Origin: a candidate division WOR-3 bacterium
GTDB taxonomy: Bacteria; Hydrothermota; Tepidihabitantia; Tepidihabitantales; Tepidihabitantaceae
Length of the DNA stretch: 64,000 nucleotides
NCBI GenBank assembly: GCA_965649205.1
Contig: CBFGJV010000006.1
Span: 1 to 64,000, forward strand
Reading direction: 5' to 3'
Part shown: positions 10,755-19,817 of the stretch, in pieces
Position numbering within the stretch: the first letter of the stretch is position 1
Layout of the letters: every line of letters starts with the position of its first letter
Notes under the pieces: generated by a model
Database searches by the model: none
Told to the model about the DNA's origin: nothing
Seen by the model: only the letters and a program-made list of their open reading frames with translations
Translations under genes and position numbers: made by a program

Positions 10755-11815
10755 AAAAAACTATCCGACTGGGCATCATCGGTACCGGAGGAATGGCTGG
10801 CGCCCATGCCAGCCGTTTTCAGGCCATAAAAGGAGTAAAACTGGTAGCCTGCTGCGACATAATCCCGGAACGAGCCCGCCAGTTTGCGGCCCAATGGAAC
10901 ATACCCGCGGTTTACACCGACTATGAACTGATGCTGGATAAAGAACAGCTGGATGGCATTTCCAATGTCACCCCTGATGCGGTCCACAAGGAAGTGGTTC
11001 TGGCCGCAGCCAGAAGAAAAATCCATATTCTTTGCGAAAAACCTCTGGCCACCAACCTGGCGGACGCGAAAGCCATGTATGAAGCCGTGCGCAAAGCAGG
11101 CGTAATCAACGTGGTAAACTTTTCCTACCGGGACAGCCCCGGACTCCAAGGCGCAGCCCGGGCAGTGGCAGCCGGAAAAATAGGGCGCGTCCTGCACGTG
11201 GAAGCAAGCTACCTGCAATCCTGGCTGTCTGCCCGTTACTGGGGCGACTGGCGCAAGGAAACTACCTGGCTTTGGCGTCTCTCCCTAGCCCACGGAAGCC
11301 TGGGCGTGCTGGGCGATGTAGGTTGCCACATCTATGATATGACCACCTTTGTATGTGGCGATATAGCCGAGATTTACTGCAACTTGCAAACCTTCAAGAA
11401 AAACGTGCCGGGCGAAAGAATCGGGGAATACAAACTGGACGCCAATGACAGCTTTGTTTCCGCCGTGACCTTCCAGAACGGCGCCATTGGCACCATCCAT
11501 TCTACCCGCTGGGCCACCGGCCATAAGAACAGCCTCCGTCTCCGGGTTTACGGCGACAAAGGAGCAGTGGAAATCGACCTGGACCGCGCTCGGGACGAAT
11601 ACCGCATCGTAACCGGACAGAAAAACGTTGACCAGGCAATCTGGCACACGGTAAAATGCAAACCCACGCCCAACAACTACCAGCGTTTCATCACCTCAAT
11701 ACGAACGGGAAAGAACGACGTATCTGACTTTGCCAACGGAGTCAAGATACAAGCTTATTTACACTACAGTTTTGTATCGGACAAACTTAGAAAACCGGTA
11801 AAGGTAGTCCTGTAG
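10751..11815 (+). CDS. Gfo/Idh/MocA family oxidoreductase (ThuB-like)
   Basis: [24 protein letters not shown]; start moved to GTG10751, which follows SD AGGAGG. Confidence 0.88.
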   Translation: MKKTIRLGIIGTGGMAGAHASRFQAIKGVKLVACCDIIPERARQFAAQWNIPAVYTDYELMLDKEQLDGISNVTPDAVHKEVVLAAARRKIHILCEKPLATNLADAKAMYEAVRKAGVINVVNFSYRDSPGLQGAARAVAAGKIGRVLHVEASYLQSWLSARYWGDWRKETTWLWRLSLAHGSLGVLGDVGCHIYDMTTFVCGDIAEIYCNLQTFKKNVPGERIGEYKLDANDSFVSAVTFQNGAIGTIHSTRWATGHKNSLRLRVYGDKGAVEIDLDRARDEYRIVTGQKNVDQAIWHTVKCKPTPNNYQRFITSIRTGKNDVSDFANGVKIQAYLHYSFVSDKLRKPVKVVL

Positions 11816-11835
11816 GTTCAGGCTGATAAGCCACC

Positions 11836-11858
11836 GCCGGCAAAAACGCCGGCTTTTT
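11836..11858 (+). terminator. Putative intrinsic terminator of the sugar operon
   Basis: GCCGGC-aaaaac-GCCGGC stem followed by TTTTT, about 20 nt after the stop at 11815. Confidence 0.55.
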
Positions 11859-11908
11859 GCCACCGCAACCTGCCCTGGGGCTTGGCTGCGACTTTGCGGC
11901 GTACGGGA

Positions 11909-12220
11909 AAACAGCTCAGAGAACTGCTCGCCAGACTACCCTCTCTGCGGCTGGGTAAACCGCTCACCCCACGGCTCAGCAAACCGCTCCCTCAATGGTC
12001 TGGTGACCCGCCTGCAGACCTGCCCGATAAACGACCATCCAATCAACTCACCATTCAGCCGGGTAAACCACCCTCCCCTGGACCTCCCGAGCCACCTGCC
12101 CGGCAACCTGTCCGGCGGCTGTCCGGACAACTCAGACACCGGCCCTCCCACTCACCCTCCTTCTGACTTACTGAACTGCCCCCTCCTCTACCTACCCAGC
12201 AGCCCCCCGAGCGACCCCCC
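11909..12220. repeat. Degenerate 12-bp tandem array, 26 units, consensus NNNCNRCYNNNN
   Basis: Manual 12-nt phasing: position 6 purine 26/26, position 7 C 25/26, position 8 pyrimidine 26/26, position 4 C 22/26. Confidence 0.8.
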
Positions 12221-13900
12221 GACGAAAAAGCTGCACTTACGCAACTGCCCAGTTCTATATCTGGCTGCTATGGGCACCCGGCGACCAATGCCAAAAGCCT
12301 TAGAAGTCACCTTTAGCCCCACCGCAGCCTGTCTGCGCTTATATTCACTTTTGCGCACCGCTGCCAATACCCAGTCCACCGTTTCTTTCTCAAAACCGGC
12401 GCTGGCAATCTCCTCCGCTGACTGTCCTTTCTCCAGATACCGTTTCAGTATCTCGTCCAAGACCTCATAGGGCGGCAACGTATCCTGATCGGTCTGGTTG
12501 GGCCGTAACTCAGCCGAAGGCGGTTTCCTGATAGTAGATTCCGGTATGACCTCTCGCTCGCGATTGATATATCGTGCCAGCTCATACACCATCGTCTTGG
12601 GAACATCAGCCAGCACTGCCAGCCCCCCACTCATATCACCATAAAGCGTGCAATAACCTACAGCCAGTTCACTCTTGTTACCGGTAGTAATCACCAGATG
12701 CCCGAATTTATTGGAAAGCGCCATCAGCAGATTACCCCTCACCCGGGCCTGAAGGTTCTCCTCTGCTTCATTCATTGCCTTACCCGCAAACTGCCCGGCC
12801 AGAGTAGCAAGATACTGGTGATAAATGTCTGTAATCGGCATCACCGTAAACTTAACCCCCAGATTTTGCGCCAACAACCTGGCGTCGGCTACGCTGCCGG
12901 CCGAAGAATACTCCGAAGGCATGGCTACGCCCCATACATTCTCCGGCCCCAAGGCCGCCACGGCCAGACAGCAGGCCACTGCAGAATCAACCCCGCCGGA
13001 TAGTCCCAGCACCGCCTCTCTGAAACCACATTTGCCGGCATAATCCTGGATACCCAGAACCAGAGCCCGGTAAACCGACTCCACTTTCTCTAGGGGTTGG
13101 AAGAGCTCCCGTCTGCCTGCCCTGCTGGTATCCACAATCGAAACCTGTTCCGCGAAAGGCCGCAGCACCTGAATCGGCTCTCCCGCAGCATCAAACGCCA
13201 TACTTCTGCCGTCAAAAACCAACTCGTCATTTGCCCCGACCTGATTCACAAATACTAAAGGAAGACCGTACCTGCGGGCATGCTTCGACAACAACTTGTA
13301 ACGTTGCTCTTCTTTACCCACGGTAAAAGGCGAAGCGGAAATGTTCACCAGAAGCGTAGCGTCCGCTGCAGCCAGATCTGCGATGGGGTTACGGTTGTAT
13401 GTCGTTCCGTAAGACTGCAGCTCAGGGTCGCCGGTCCAGGCGTCCTCACATATAGATATACCCAGAACCTCCCCGGCTAACTCTACGGTCTGCATCCTGT
13501 CCGCCGGCTGAAAATAACGCGATTCATCGAACACATCATAAGTAGGTAACAGGCTTTTGGGTTGGCATAATAGCATCCTACCGGCTCCAAACAGCACAGC
13601 CGCATTGTAGAGCGGCTTTCCGACCGTCTTGCCGGTTCGTACTGGAGCACCCACAAGAATTGCTGTATCAGGACACTGCGCGGACAAACCCTCCACCTGC
13701 CGCAGCGCCTGTTCCACCCGGTCTATAAACCAGCTTCGTTCCAGCAGGTCCAGAGGCGGATAACCGGTCAGAAACAACTCTGGCAGAACCAGCAGATCAG
13801 GCTTTTCTTCCCTGACCTTGCACCACACTTGCTCCAGACGAGCCAGATTACCAGCCACATCTCCCACAACCGGATTCAATTGTGCCAGAGCTATCTTCAT
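12188..13900 (-). CDS. nadE: Glutamine-dependent NAD+ synthetase
   Basis: Nitrilase domain (PELFLTGY, K-LLP-YDVFDE, ICED) plus synthetase domain (GLSGGVDS, TGNKSE, YGD, PSAELRP-Q-D). Confidence 0.95.
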   Translation of the reverse strand: MKIALAQLNPVVGDVAGNLARLEQVWCKVREEKPDLLVLPELFLTGYPPLDLLERSWFIDRVEQALRQVEGLSAQCPDTAILVGAPVRTGKTVGKPLYNAAVLFGAGRMLLCQPKSLLPTYDVFDESRYFQPADRMQTVELAGEVLGISICEDAWTGDPELQSYGTTYNRNPIADLAAADATLLVNISASPFTVGKEEQRYKLLSKHARRYGLPLVFVNQVGANDELVFDGRSMAFDAAGEPIQVLRPFAEQVSIVDTSRAGRRELFQPLEKVESVYRALVLGIQDYAGKCGFREAVLGLSGGVDSAVACCLAVAALGPENVWGVAMPSEYSSAGSVADARLLAQNLGVKFTVMPITDIYHQYLATLAGQFAGKAMNEAEENLQARVRGNLLMALSNKFGHLVITTGNKSELAVGYCTLYGDMSGGLAVLADVPKTMVYELARYINREREVIPESTIRKPPSAELRPNQTDQDTLPPYEVLDEILKRYLEKGQSAEEIASAGFEKETVDWVLAAVRKSEYKRRQAAVGLKVTSKAFGIGRRVPIAARYRTGQLRKCSFFVGGSLGGLLGR

Positions 13901-14090
13901 AGTACTGGCATTCCTCCCCTGCCGTCCCTCCCTACTCTAGACGCAAACTGGTAATACCTGCTTTTCTCTACAGGTGAGCCTGAAGCGCGCATCAGTGTAC
14001 AGCAGCTACCTTGGACGTCTGCCAGACGACAAAAGCGTATAACACCTCTTTTCTCTTGTCAAACAAGGTAGCAGGGGTATCATTATTTTA

Positions 14091-15038
14091 CTGACCCACG
14101 CTATCATTCTGTTTTTTCTCTGCTGCGGCGCTGTTTCGCTCGGCCAAGCAGCCGAGTCGGACAGACAAAGCCCGCTTCCTGTCCAAGATACTCTTCCTCC
14201 TGTAGAATCCCTGCCTGTCTCTGCTTCCGTTCCTCCTCCTGAGAGCTTTCCAGACCTTTCCCACCACACGGTCGTTCTCTCGGTGGACGACGGTTATCAT
14301 ACCGTCTTTACTAACATCTACCCCCTGCTCAAACGGCATAAACTGACTATGACGCTGGCTCTCATAGTCAACAATCTCGGCCAAGGAAAGCCCGCATACC
14401 GCGCCCACTCTGGATTCGTAAACCGATCCGAAGTACAGGAAATGATAGACTCGTGCAATATAGAGGTAGCCAGCCACAGTCTCACCCACCCCTTTCTCAC
14501 GCAGTTGGACAGTGCCCGGGCTTGGGAAGAGATTTACAGTTCCAAAGTCATACTGGAATCGCTCTTAAATACAGAAGTTATCACCTTCGTCTACCCCTAT
14601 GGGGATGTAAACACCCGTATTCGTCGATTCACTCAGAAAGCCGGCTACAAACTGGGCAGAGCGGTCCGTTGGGGCGAACCTAACCTGTGGTTGGAACCCT
14701 ACAATCTTCCCACCTATGAACTGCGCCGGGAGGTAGGACTGGCAGAAGTTAAAAAGCACCTTGCCCGCAACCGTGTAACTATACTCCTGTTACATCGCAT
14801 AGTCCCCCGCCCCTCTGTTTTCACCGAATGGAGCGTGGCGGACTTCAGCGCGCTTCTGGACTGGCTGGTGGCGACCCGCATTAGAGTTACGACCCTGCGG
14901 GGCCTCTACCAATTGTGGTGGTACAGAAAACTGGAAGAATTTATGAAAGAAGTTGCCTCGGCCTATGCCGACCAGCGTAAAAGCCTGCTATTCGAGGAGG
15001 TACACATCGACGCTACCCGCACTGAGCATTCCCGCTGA
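14091..15038 (+). CDS. Exported polysaccharide deacetylase (CE4/NodB-like)
   Basis: VVLSVDDG, SHSLTHP, FVYPYG and LLLH motifs. The frame is open upstream of the ORF-track start (14283) and encodes a signal peptide and Pro-rich linker; the CTG14091 start is inferred. Confidence 0.8.
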   Translation: MTHAIILFFLCCGAVSLGQAAESDRQSPLPVQDTLPPVESLPVSASVPPPESFPDLSHHTVVLSVDDGYHTVFTNIYPLLKRHKLTMTLALIVNNLGQGKPAYRAHSGFVNRSEVQEMIDSCNIEVASHSLTHPFLTQLDSARAWEEIYSSKVILESLLNTEVITFVYPYGDVNTRIRRFTQKAGYKLGRAVRWGEPNLWLEPYNLPTYELRREVGLAEVKKHLARNRVTILLLHRIVPRPSVFTEWSVADFSALLDWLVATRIRVTTLRGLYQLWWYRKLEEFMKEVASAYADQRKSLLFEEVHIDATRTEHSR

Positions 15039-15629
15039 TATAAAGGCGGCCATATTTTCCTTAGGCCCGACAAAAATGTCCAAATGCTTCCCCTGGATAG
15101 CACTGCCTATATCGTGAGCCCGAAATATGCCGCTCAGCCGTTTGCCATTCACTACCACATTTGTGGCCTGGGGAATATAAACCATAGCGCCAATAGGTAT
15201 AACCCTGGGATCCACCGCTATGGACTTCAGCTCTACTAACTTATGGCCGTTGAACCCGGCGAACTGGCTATCCACCAGAACCCGATCAGCCTTTTTCAGA
15301 TAACTTATACAGCGACCATCCCTGAGACGGGCTGCAGCCTCTCTCTTAAAATCATTCACAAAAGCCCGGGAAAACCTGCCCACTAGCCTGCCCTGCTGGT
15401 CATAAAGTGGCACGGCATTACTCTCTGGATAATCCCTTTCATCTACTATCCAATAATATGTAGTTTTGAACCTGCCCAGATACTTAGCGTCAGGAACAGG
15501 AGCCGGAGGGTCAACAGTGGCGTATAACCATTCCGGTGGCTCAGCCAGAGGCCGTTGGTAAAAGTTGTAGGTCCTTGGCCCCAAACAGGCCAAGGCAAAG
15601 ATAATAAGGCCAACCGGCCACTTGCGCAC
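14988..15629 (-). CDS. 3D (MltA-like Asp-Asp-Asp) domain lipoprotein
   Basis: Lipobox-like ALAC; IAVDPRVIPIG, AHDIGSAIQGKHLDIFVG. Confidence 0.85.
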   Translation of the reverse strand: MRKWPVGLIIFALACLGPRTYNFYQRPLAEPPEWLYATVDPPAPVPDAKYLGRFKTTYYWIVDERDYPESNAVPLYDQQGRLVGRFSRAFVNDFKREAAARLRDGRCISYLKKADRVLVDSQFAGFNGHKLVELKSIAVDPRVIPIGAMVYIPQATNVVVNGKRLSGIFRAHDIGSAIQGKHLDIFVGPKENMAAFISAGMLSAGSVDVYLLE

Positions 15630-15725
15630 GATGGCAATTATCCCCCAAAAACATAGAGGCTGTCAAGTTGACATGGCCCCAAAACGGAACCCGAAGCAAG
15701 GATTATGTAAGGCTATGTTATATAG

Positions 15726-16082
15726 CTACTTACGGCGACGTGGCACCAGCCTTACACCATTCTCGTCCTTGCTGACAATGCGATATTGTCTGACAACAGG
15801 GAGAAAATAATCCAGAAACAGAAGCAACAAACCAACACCGAGAAGCACACGTTGACCGGTTCTGGCAGCATCTGTTCTTAAAAACTCCCAGTGAAAAGGA
15901 TCTACGAAAACCAGCACCGCCAGCGCAAATATTATAAACACCAATATGTTAGCAACGGTACGTATCGTATTATATATTCCGATTTTGTACGCCAGACCCG
16001 GGTCAGTGATTACTATTTCACTTGCACCCTCTTTGACCGCCTGTTTGAGCTCTGCCATTGTGGTTACATTCATTTTGTTCAC
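15726..16082 (-). CDS. Small hypothetical membrane protein (2 TM)
   Basis: Two hydrophobic helices; ATGA overlap with the thyX stop. Confidence 0.7.
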   Translation of the reverse strand: MNKMNVTTMAELKQAVKEGASEIVITDPGLAYKIGIYNTIRTVANILVFIIFALAVLVFVDPFHWEFLRTDAARTGQRVLLGVGLLLLFLDYFLPVVRQYRIVSKDENGVRLVPRRRK

Positions 16083-17764
16083 CCCCCTTGGCTACCGTCT
16101 AAATTTTTTCTACTCGACCTAGATTTTGTCCTTACTGCCGCCTTGGTTGAACCAGCCCGGCCTGTTGTTCTTTTGGCCTTCTTCTTTTCAATAACCTCTT
16201 GTCTTTCAACAGGATGCGACTCAGAAGCCACACCGCATTCCTTTGTCTCTTCTTCAGACGGCAGAAGTCTCACCTCTGGAAGTTGCAGATTGACAACCGC
16301 AGGAGGATGCCCGAACAGCTCCTGATATACTTTGGCATAACCGTCTTTACCCGAAGCCAGCGACAAAGTAAGCGGCATAACATGCCTTGCCTGCTCCACC
16401 ATCCTGCCAGCTATGTCCCTGATATCCCATTGTGCTGCCATATCTTCTCTCAATCTGGCTATGTGGTATAGTTCCCGGGCATTTAGCGTAACCAGCACGC
16501 GTCTTTGGTGGGCATTGGTAAGCACATACTGAGCCGCTGCCGGATTATGGGCAGCAAGTTTTGCGTATGTATCTTCTGTCCTGGCCAACAGTTCCTTGAA
16601 ATTCTTGTGTTCTTTTATCTCGGCGATAGATACCGGGACAGTCCAGCCGGCGGTAGGACTGTAAGCCTGGGCAGTTATGGTCATCATCCGGTGCCGTTTG
16701 AGTTGGGCAAAACAGGCAGCAGATAAGGTAATTTCAAAAGTAAGGTACAGATGTTCAAACTCCCGCAAAACCGCATCGTAAGCCTGCAGGTCCTGCATCG
16801 CCTGCTTGAAAATCTCCTTCTTTCTGGCCAGGGTCTGGCGCTCCACCCTGCCCATACATTCAGAAAAGGAAGCCTTGGAACTTGTGTGCATTAAGGCAGC
16901 CAACAGCTTGTTGTCAGCATTGGGAGTATAGTCAACCAAAGTCACATCCGAGGCCGAATGAGCTATGAAATTCTTGGGTCTGCGGGTAAAGGCCGGAACC
17001 ATAAAACTTACCGCATACTCTCGCAATCTTGGGTAAGTGTTTTTCTCATAATCAGTTACACCAGTAAATACCAGAAGCGAAGGGGCTACGGTTATAGCCT
17101 GCCGGTATAAAGCTGCCCCCAGTTCTCTCAGCTCGGCCAGCTCGCTGGCAAGCAACCGACGTATCATAAGCTCAAGGTTGCGGGCATTCACGGTCACACC
17201 GACCTGGGTCTGAGTGGCAAGCGAAGTTATGTAGCGGGCATCTTCCTTTGCCGTATTCTCCAACCAGCTCTGATCTGAGGACTTATCCGGGTGCTTCTCC
17301 TTCAAGTACTCCTGCAGCCGTTCGTAAAGCAGGTGGTAGTACCGATTTTGCATCTTCACCGTGGCTATGAACTCATCTCGCAGTTCTGCGTCTTCCAGCT
17401 CCGCCGGCACCACAAAGTCATCAGTAAGCGTTACATAGCGCTGTGACCTTTCGGTAAACGCATTCAAACGATGATGTTCCAGAGCCTCTGCTGCCAGTCG
17501 GGATATGCCGGATATGTCAAAATTGAACACCGCGTGCTCAGCGATGGAATGATGCCCCATTTCAAACACAATGGTCTGGTTAGACCTGCGCGCCTTGGCC
17601 ACATCCTTCGCCGCTTCCTTGTGCAATTCCTCTAACGACTTGCCGCTTCGGCTTACCCGGGCATAGGCGGCAGAGATTGTCTCCGGAGTTACGCAGATCC
17701 CGGCTTCGGCCAGCCGCTGTGCCAGCTCATGTTCAATATTGTAACCGGCAAGTGCAACCTTCAT
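16079..17764 (-). CDS. thyX: FAD-dependent thymidylate synthase ThyX, tandem two-domain form
   Basis: GHHSIAEH, HHRx7SQRY and EDARY in domain 1; LKRHR, NARELYH and AQWDIR in domain 2. ATG17764 chosen from the promoter position. Confidence 0.9.
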   Translation of the reverse strand: MKVALAGYNIEHELAQRLAEAGICVTPETISAAYARVSRSGKSLEELHKEAAKDVAKARRSNQTIVFEMGHHSIAEHAVFNFDISGISRLAAEALEHHRLNAFTERSQRYVTLTDDFVVPAELEDAELRDEFIATVKMQNRYYHLLYERLQEYLKEKHPDKSSDQSWLENTAKEDARYITSLATQTQVGVTVNARNLELMIRRLLASELAELRELGAALYRQAITVAPSLLVFTGVTDYEKNTYPRLREYAVSFMVPAFTRRPKNFIAHSASDVTLVDYTPNADNKLLAALMHTSSKASFSECMGRVERQTLARKKEIFKQAMQDLQAYDAVLREFEHLYLTFEITLSAACFAQLKRHRMMTITAQAYSPTAGWTVPVSIAEIKEHKNFKELLARTEDTYAKLAAHNPAAAQYVLTNAHQRRVLVTLNARELYHIARLREDMAAQWDIRDIAGRMVEQARHVMPLTLSLASGKDGYAKVYQELFGHPPAVVNLQLPEVRLLPSEEETKECGVASESHPVERQEVIEKKKAKRTTGRAGSTKAAVRTKSRSSRKNLDGSQGG

Positions 17765-17916
17765 GTGGGCCATAGGATATTTAGTCCCGCACCAAAGTCA
17801 AGTGCCGCATTTGAACATACGACTTGCGGATGGCTGATTACTGAACAATCCCTTTCTAATTCACCGTTTTGTCCCCTTGTTCTCCGTATCCTGCCCAAGT
17901 TATTCCCCCGCCACCC

Positions 17917-18984
17917 TTACCCGCCTGTTGTTTGACCTCCAACCTCAAAACCTGTCTGAGAACTTGCCCCCTCTCCGTCCACCACCATTCTCTGTGTCGG
18001 GCTCATCTGTTGTATCAGACCCAGCATCTCCTTCATCATCAATGCGTTACGGGCGGCTGCGCCTGCGTGACAGTTATTAAAGAATACAAATACCCTCTTC
18101 GGCATTACGCCTGTTTCTGACTGCGCCGTACTAGTTTTCTTTAGCTTTGCGTCTGTGCCCTTCCGCCTGTCGGAAACGGAAGCTAAGCTGGTCTGCGCCA
18201 GTGCCGCTATTGGCTCGGCGAGTTCCTGAAGTTCCGCGGGTGAATACAAGTAGTTGTATCTTTCCATCCGGGAAGCCACAAACCAGTTGCGGTTCCGACC
18301 ATGGAATCTGAAATAGGCTGTCTCTGAGGTGTACCTCGGATCAAAAGGCATCAACCTGGGCAGCCGGGGTTCGTCCACCACACAGTACCCGATACCCATC
18401 TGGCCAAGTAACTGATAAGTATTTTCCCTCACCCATGCCCGGTTCCTGAATTCAACAACTAATGGCACGTCCGGCAGCCACTCCGGCAACTTCTGCAAAT
18501 AATTATAGCTCTCCGGACCGGGCCAGAAAAAAGAAGGCAACTGCACCAGTACACAACCCAGTTTGCCGGAAGCTGCCAGCGGCTCAATACCTTCCCGAAA
18601 CTGCCGAAACACTCTGCCCAAGTCCTTCATCCTTTTCCGCTCACGCCCGGCTCCCGCCTCACTTGTCTCTTTGTCTGCTCCGCCATCCTGACCTCTGACA
18701 TCCGGTCTCCGGTATCTGCTGTCCTCTTCCTCCCATATCTCGTGCGTCATATCCTTGTGTGACCGCACCACAAACCGGAACCCCTCTCCTGTCCGTTTCA
18801 CCATAGACTCCAGGGTCCTCGGCACCGGCATTGAGTAATAGGTGTAATTCAACTCCACCGTATCCAATCCCAGCTCCTGCTCGTAGTACTCAAGCATCTG
18901 TCTCCGACGCATACCCCGCGGGTACACCGGACCAATCCAGTCGGCAAAGGAAAAACCGCTTGTACCCACACGTATTTCCACCAC
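17917..18984 (-). CDS. DUF72 family protein
   Basis: IRVGTSGFS, VELNYTYY, VEFRNRAW, YFRFHGRN, YNYLYS, FFNN. Confidence 0.9.
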   Translation of the reverse strand: MVEIRVGTSGFSFADWIGPVYPRGMRRRQMLEYYEQELGLDTVELNYTYYSMPVPRTLESMVKRTGEGFRFVVRSHKDMTHEIWEEEDSRYRRPDVRGQDGGADKETSEAGAGRERKRMKDLGRVFRQFREGIEPLAASGKLGCVLVQLPSFFWPGPESYNYLQKLPEWLPDVPLVVEFRNRAWVRENTYQLLGQMGIGYCVVDEPRLPRLMPFDPRYTSETAYFRFHGRNRNWFVASRMERYNYLYSPAELQELAEPIAALAQTSLASVSDRRKGTDAKLKKTSTAQSETGVMPKRVFVFFNNCHAGAAARNALMMKEMLGLIQQMSPTQRMVVDGEGASSQTGFEVGGQTTGG

Positions 18985-19112
18985 TGTTATTTCCTCTTAA
19001 ACATCTGGCAAGCTCACTTCCAACACCTGATTCTAACCATACAAACATGTGGACACAACAGCGACAAGAGTTAGCGAATTGACTTCAGCAAAACCAGACC
19101 ATAACATCAGGA

Positions 19113-19817
19113 GTGCGCATCGTCGGCTTTCAAGAAACTTCGCTCATTGACTGGGACGGGAAAATCACTCTGGTTCTGTTCTTGGGCGGCTGCAACTTTC
19201 ACTGCCCTTTCTGCCACAACTCCGCCGTGGCCGCCGACTCCCCAGAACTGCCCGAGTGGACTTGGTCAAGCTTGGTGAAAATTCCCCAATCCAAGCCCGG
19301 TTGGGTTGACGGGGTGGTCATAACCGGCGGAGAGCCGACAATGCACCCGGAACTTTTTACCCTGTGTCGACAGATAAAACAATCTGGTCTGGCCATAAAA
19401 CTGGATACCAATGGTTCCTTCCCTTATGTGCTCAAGGAACTTCTGGACCAGAAACTGGTTGACTACGTAGCCATGGACGTGAAAACGTCTCTCACCGAAA
19501 AGTATGATTTGGCCGCCGGGCGAGCGGTGGACCTGGCAGTACTGCGTCGTTCCATACGTCTGCTTTTGGAATCTTCCATCGGTTATGAATTCCGCACCAC
19601 CCTCGTGCCGGGAATAGTAGAACCTCAGGACGTAGTAGAAATAGCCAGAGCCGTTGCCGGTGCCAGAATGCTCGTCCTCCAACAATTTGTGCCCCAGAAC
19701 GCCCGAGCCCAAGAACTGAGAAAAAAGAAAACCTACTCCGTCAAGGAAGCGGAAGAAATGGCAGCCATGGCCAGACCCTTTGTCAAAGAAGTCAAGTTGC
19801 GCGGCAAGTTTGTCTGA
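19113..19817 (+). CDS. nrdG: Anaerobic ribonucleoside-triphosphate reductase activating protein (radical SAM)
   Basis: SLIDW, GCNFHCPFCHN, ITGGEP, KLDTNG, YEFRTT. Confidence 0.85.
   Translation: MRIVGFQETSLIDWDGKITLVLFLGGCNFHCPFCHNSAVAADSPELPEWTWSSLVKIPQSKPGWVDGVVITGGEPTMHPELFTLCRQIKQSGLAIKLDTNGSFPYVLKELLDQKLVDYVAMDVKTSLTEKYDLAAGRAVDLAVLRRSIRLLLESSIGYEFRTTLVPGIVEPQDVVEIARAVAGARMLVLQQFVPQNARAQELRKKKTYSVKEAEEMAAMARPFVKEVKLRGKFV

Noticed and set aside
11882..12166. 94-aa Pro-rich ORF (also 11936-12151 and 12003-12470)
   Set aside because: Its tetrapeptide rhythm follows from the 12-bp array; there is no SD and the periodicity continues past the stop.
11909..12220. CRISPR array interpretation of the periodic region
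   Set aside because: No identical 23-47 bp repeats with unique spacers and no cas genes.
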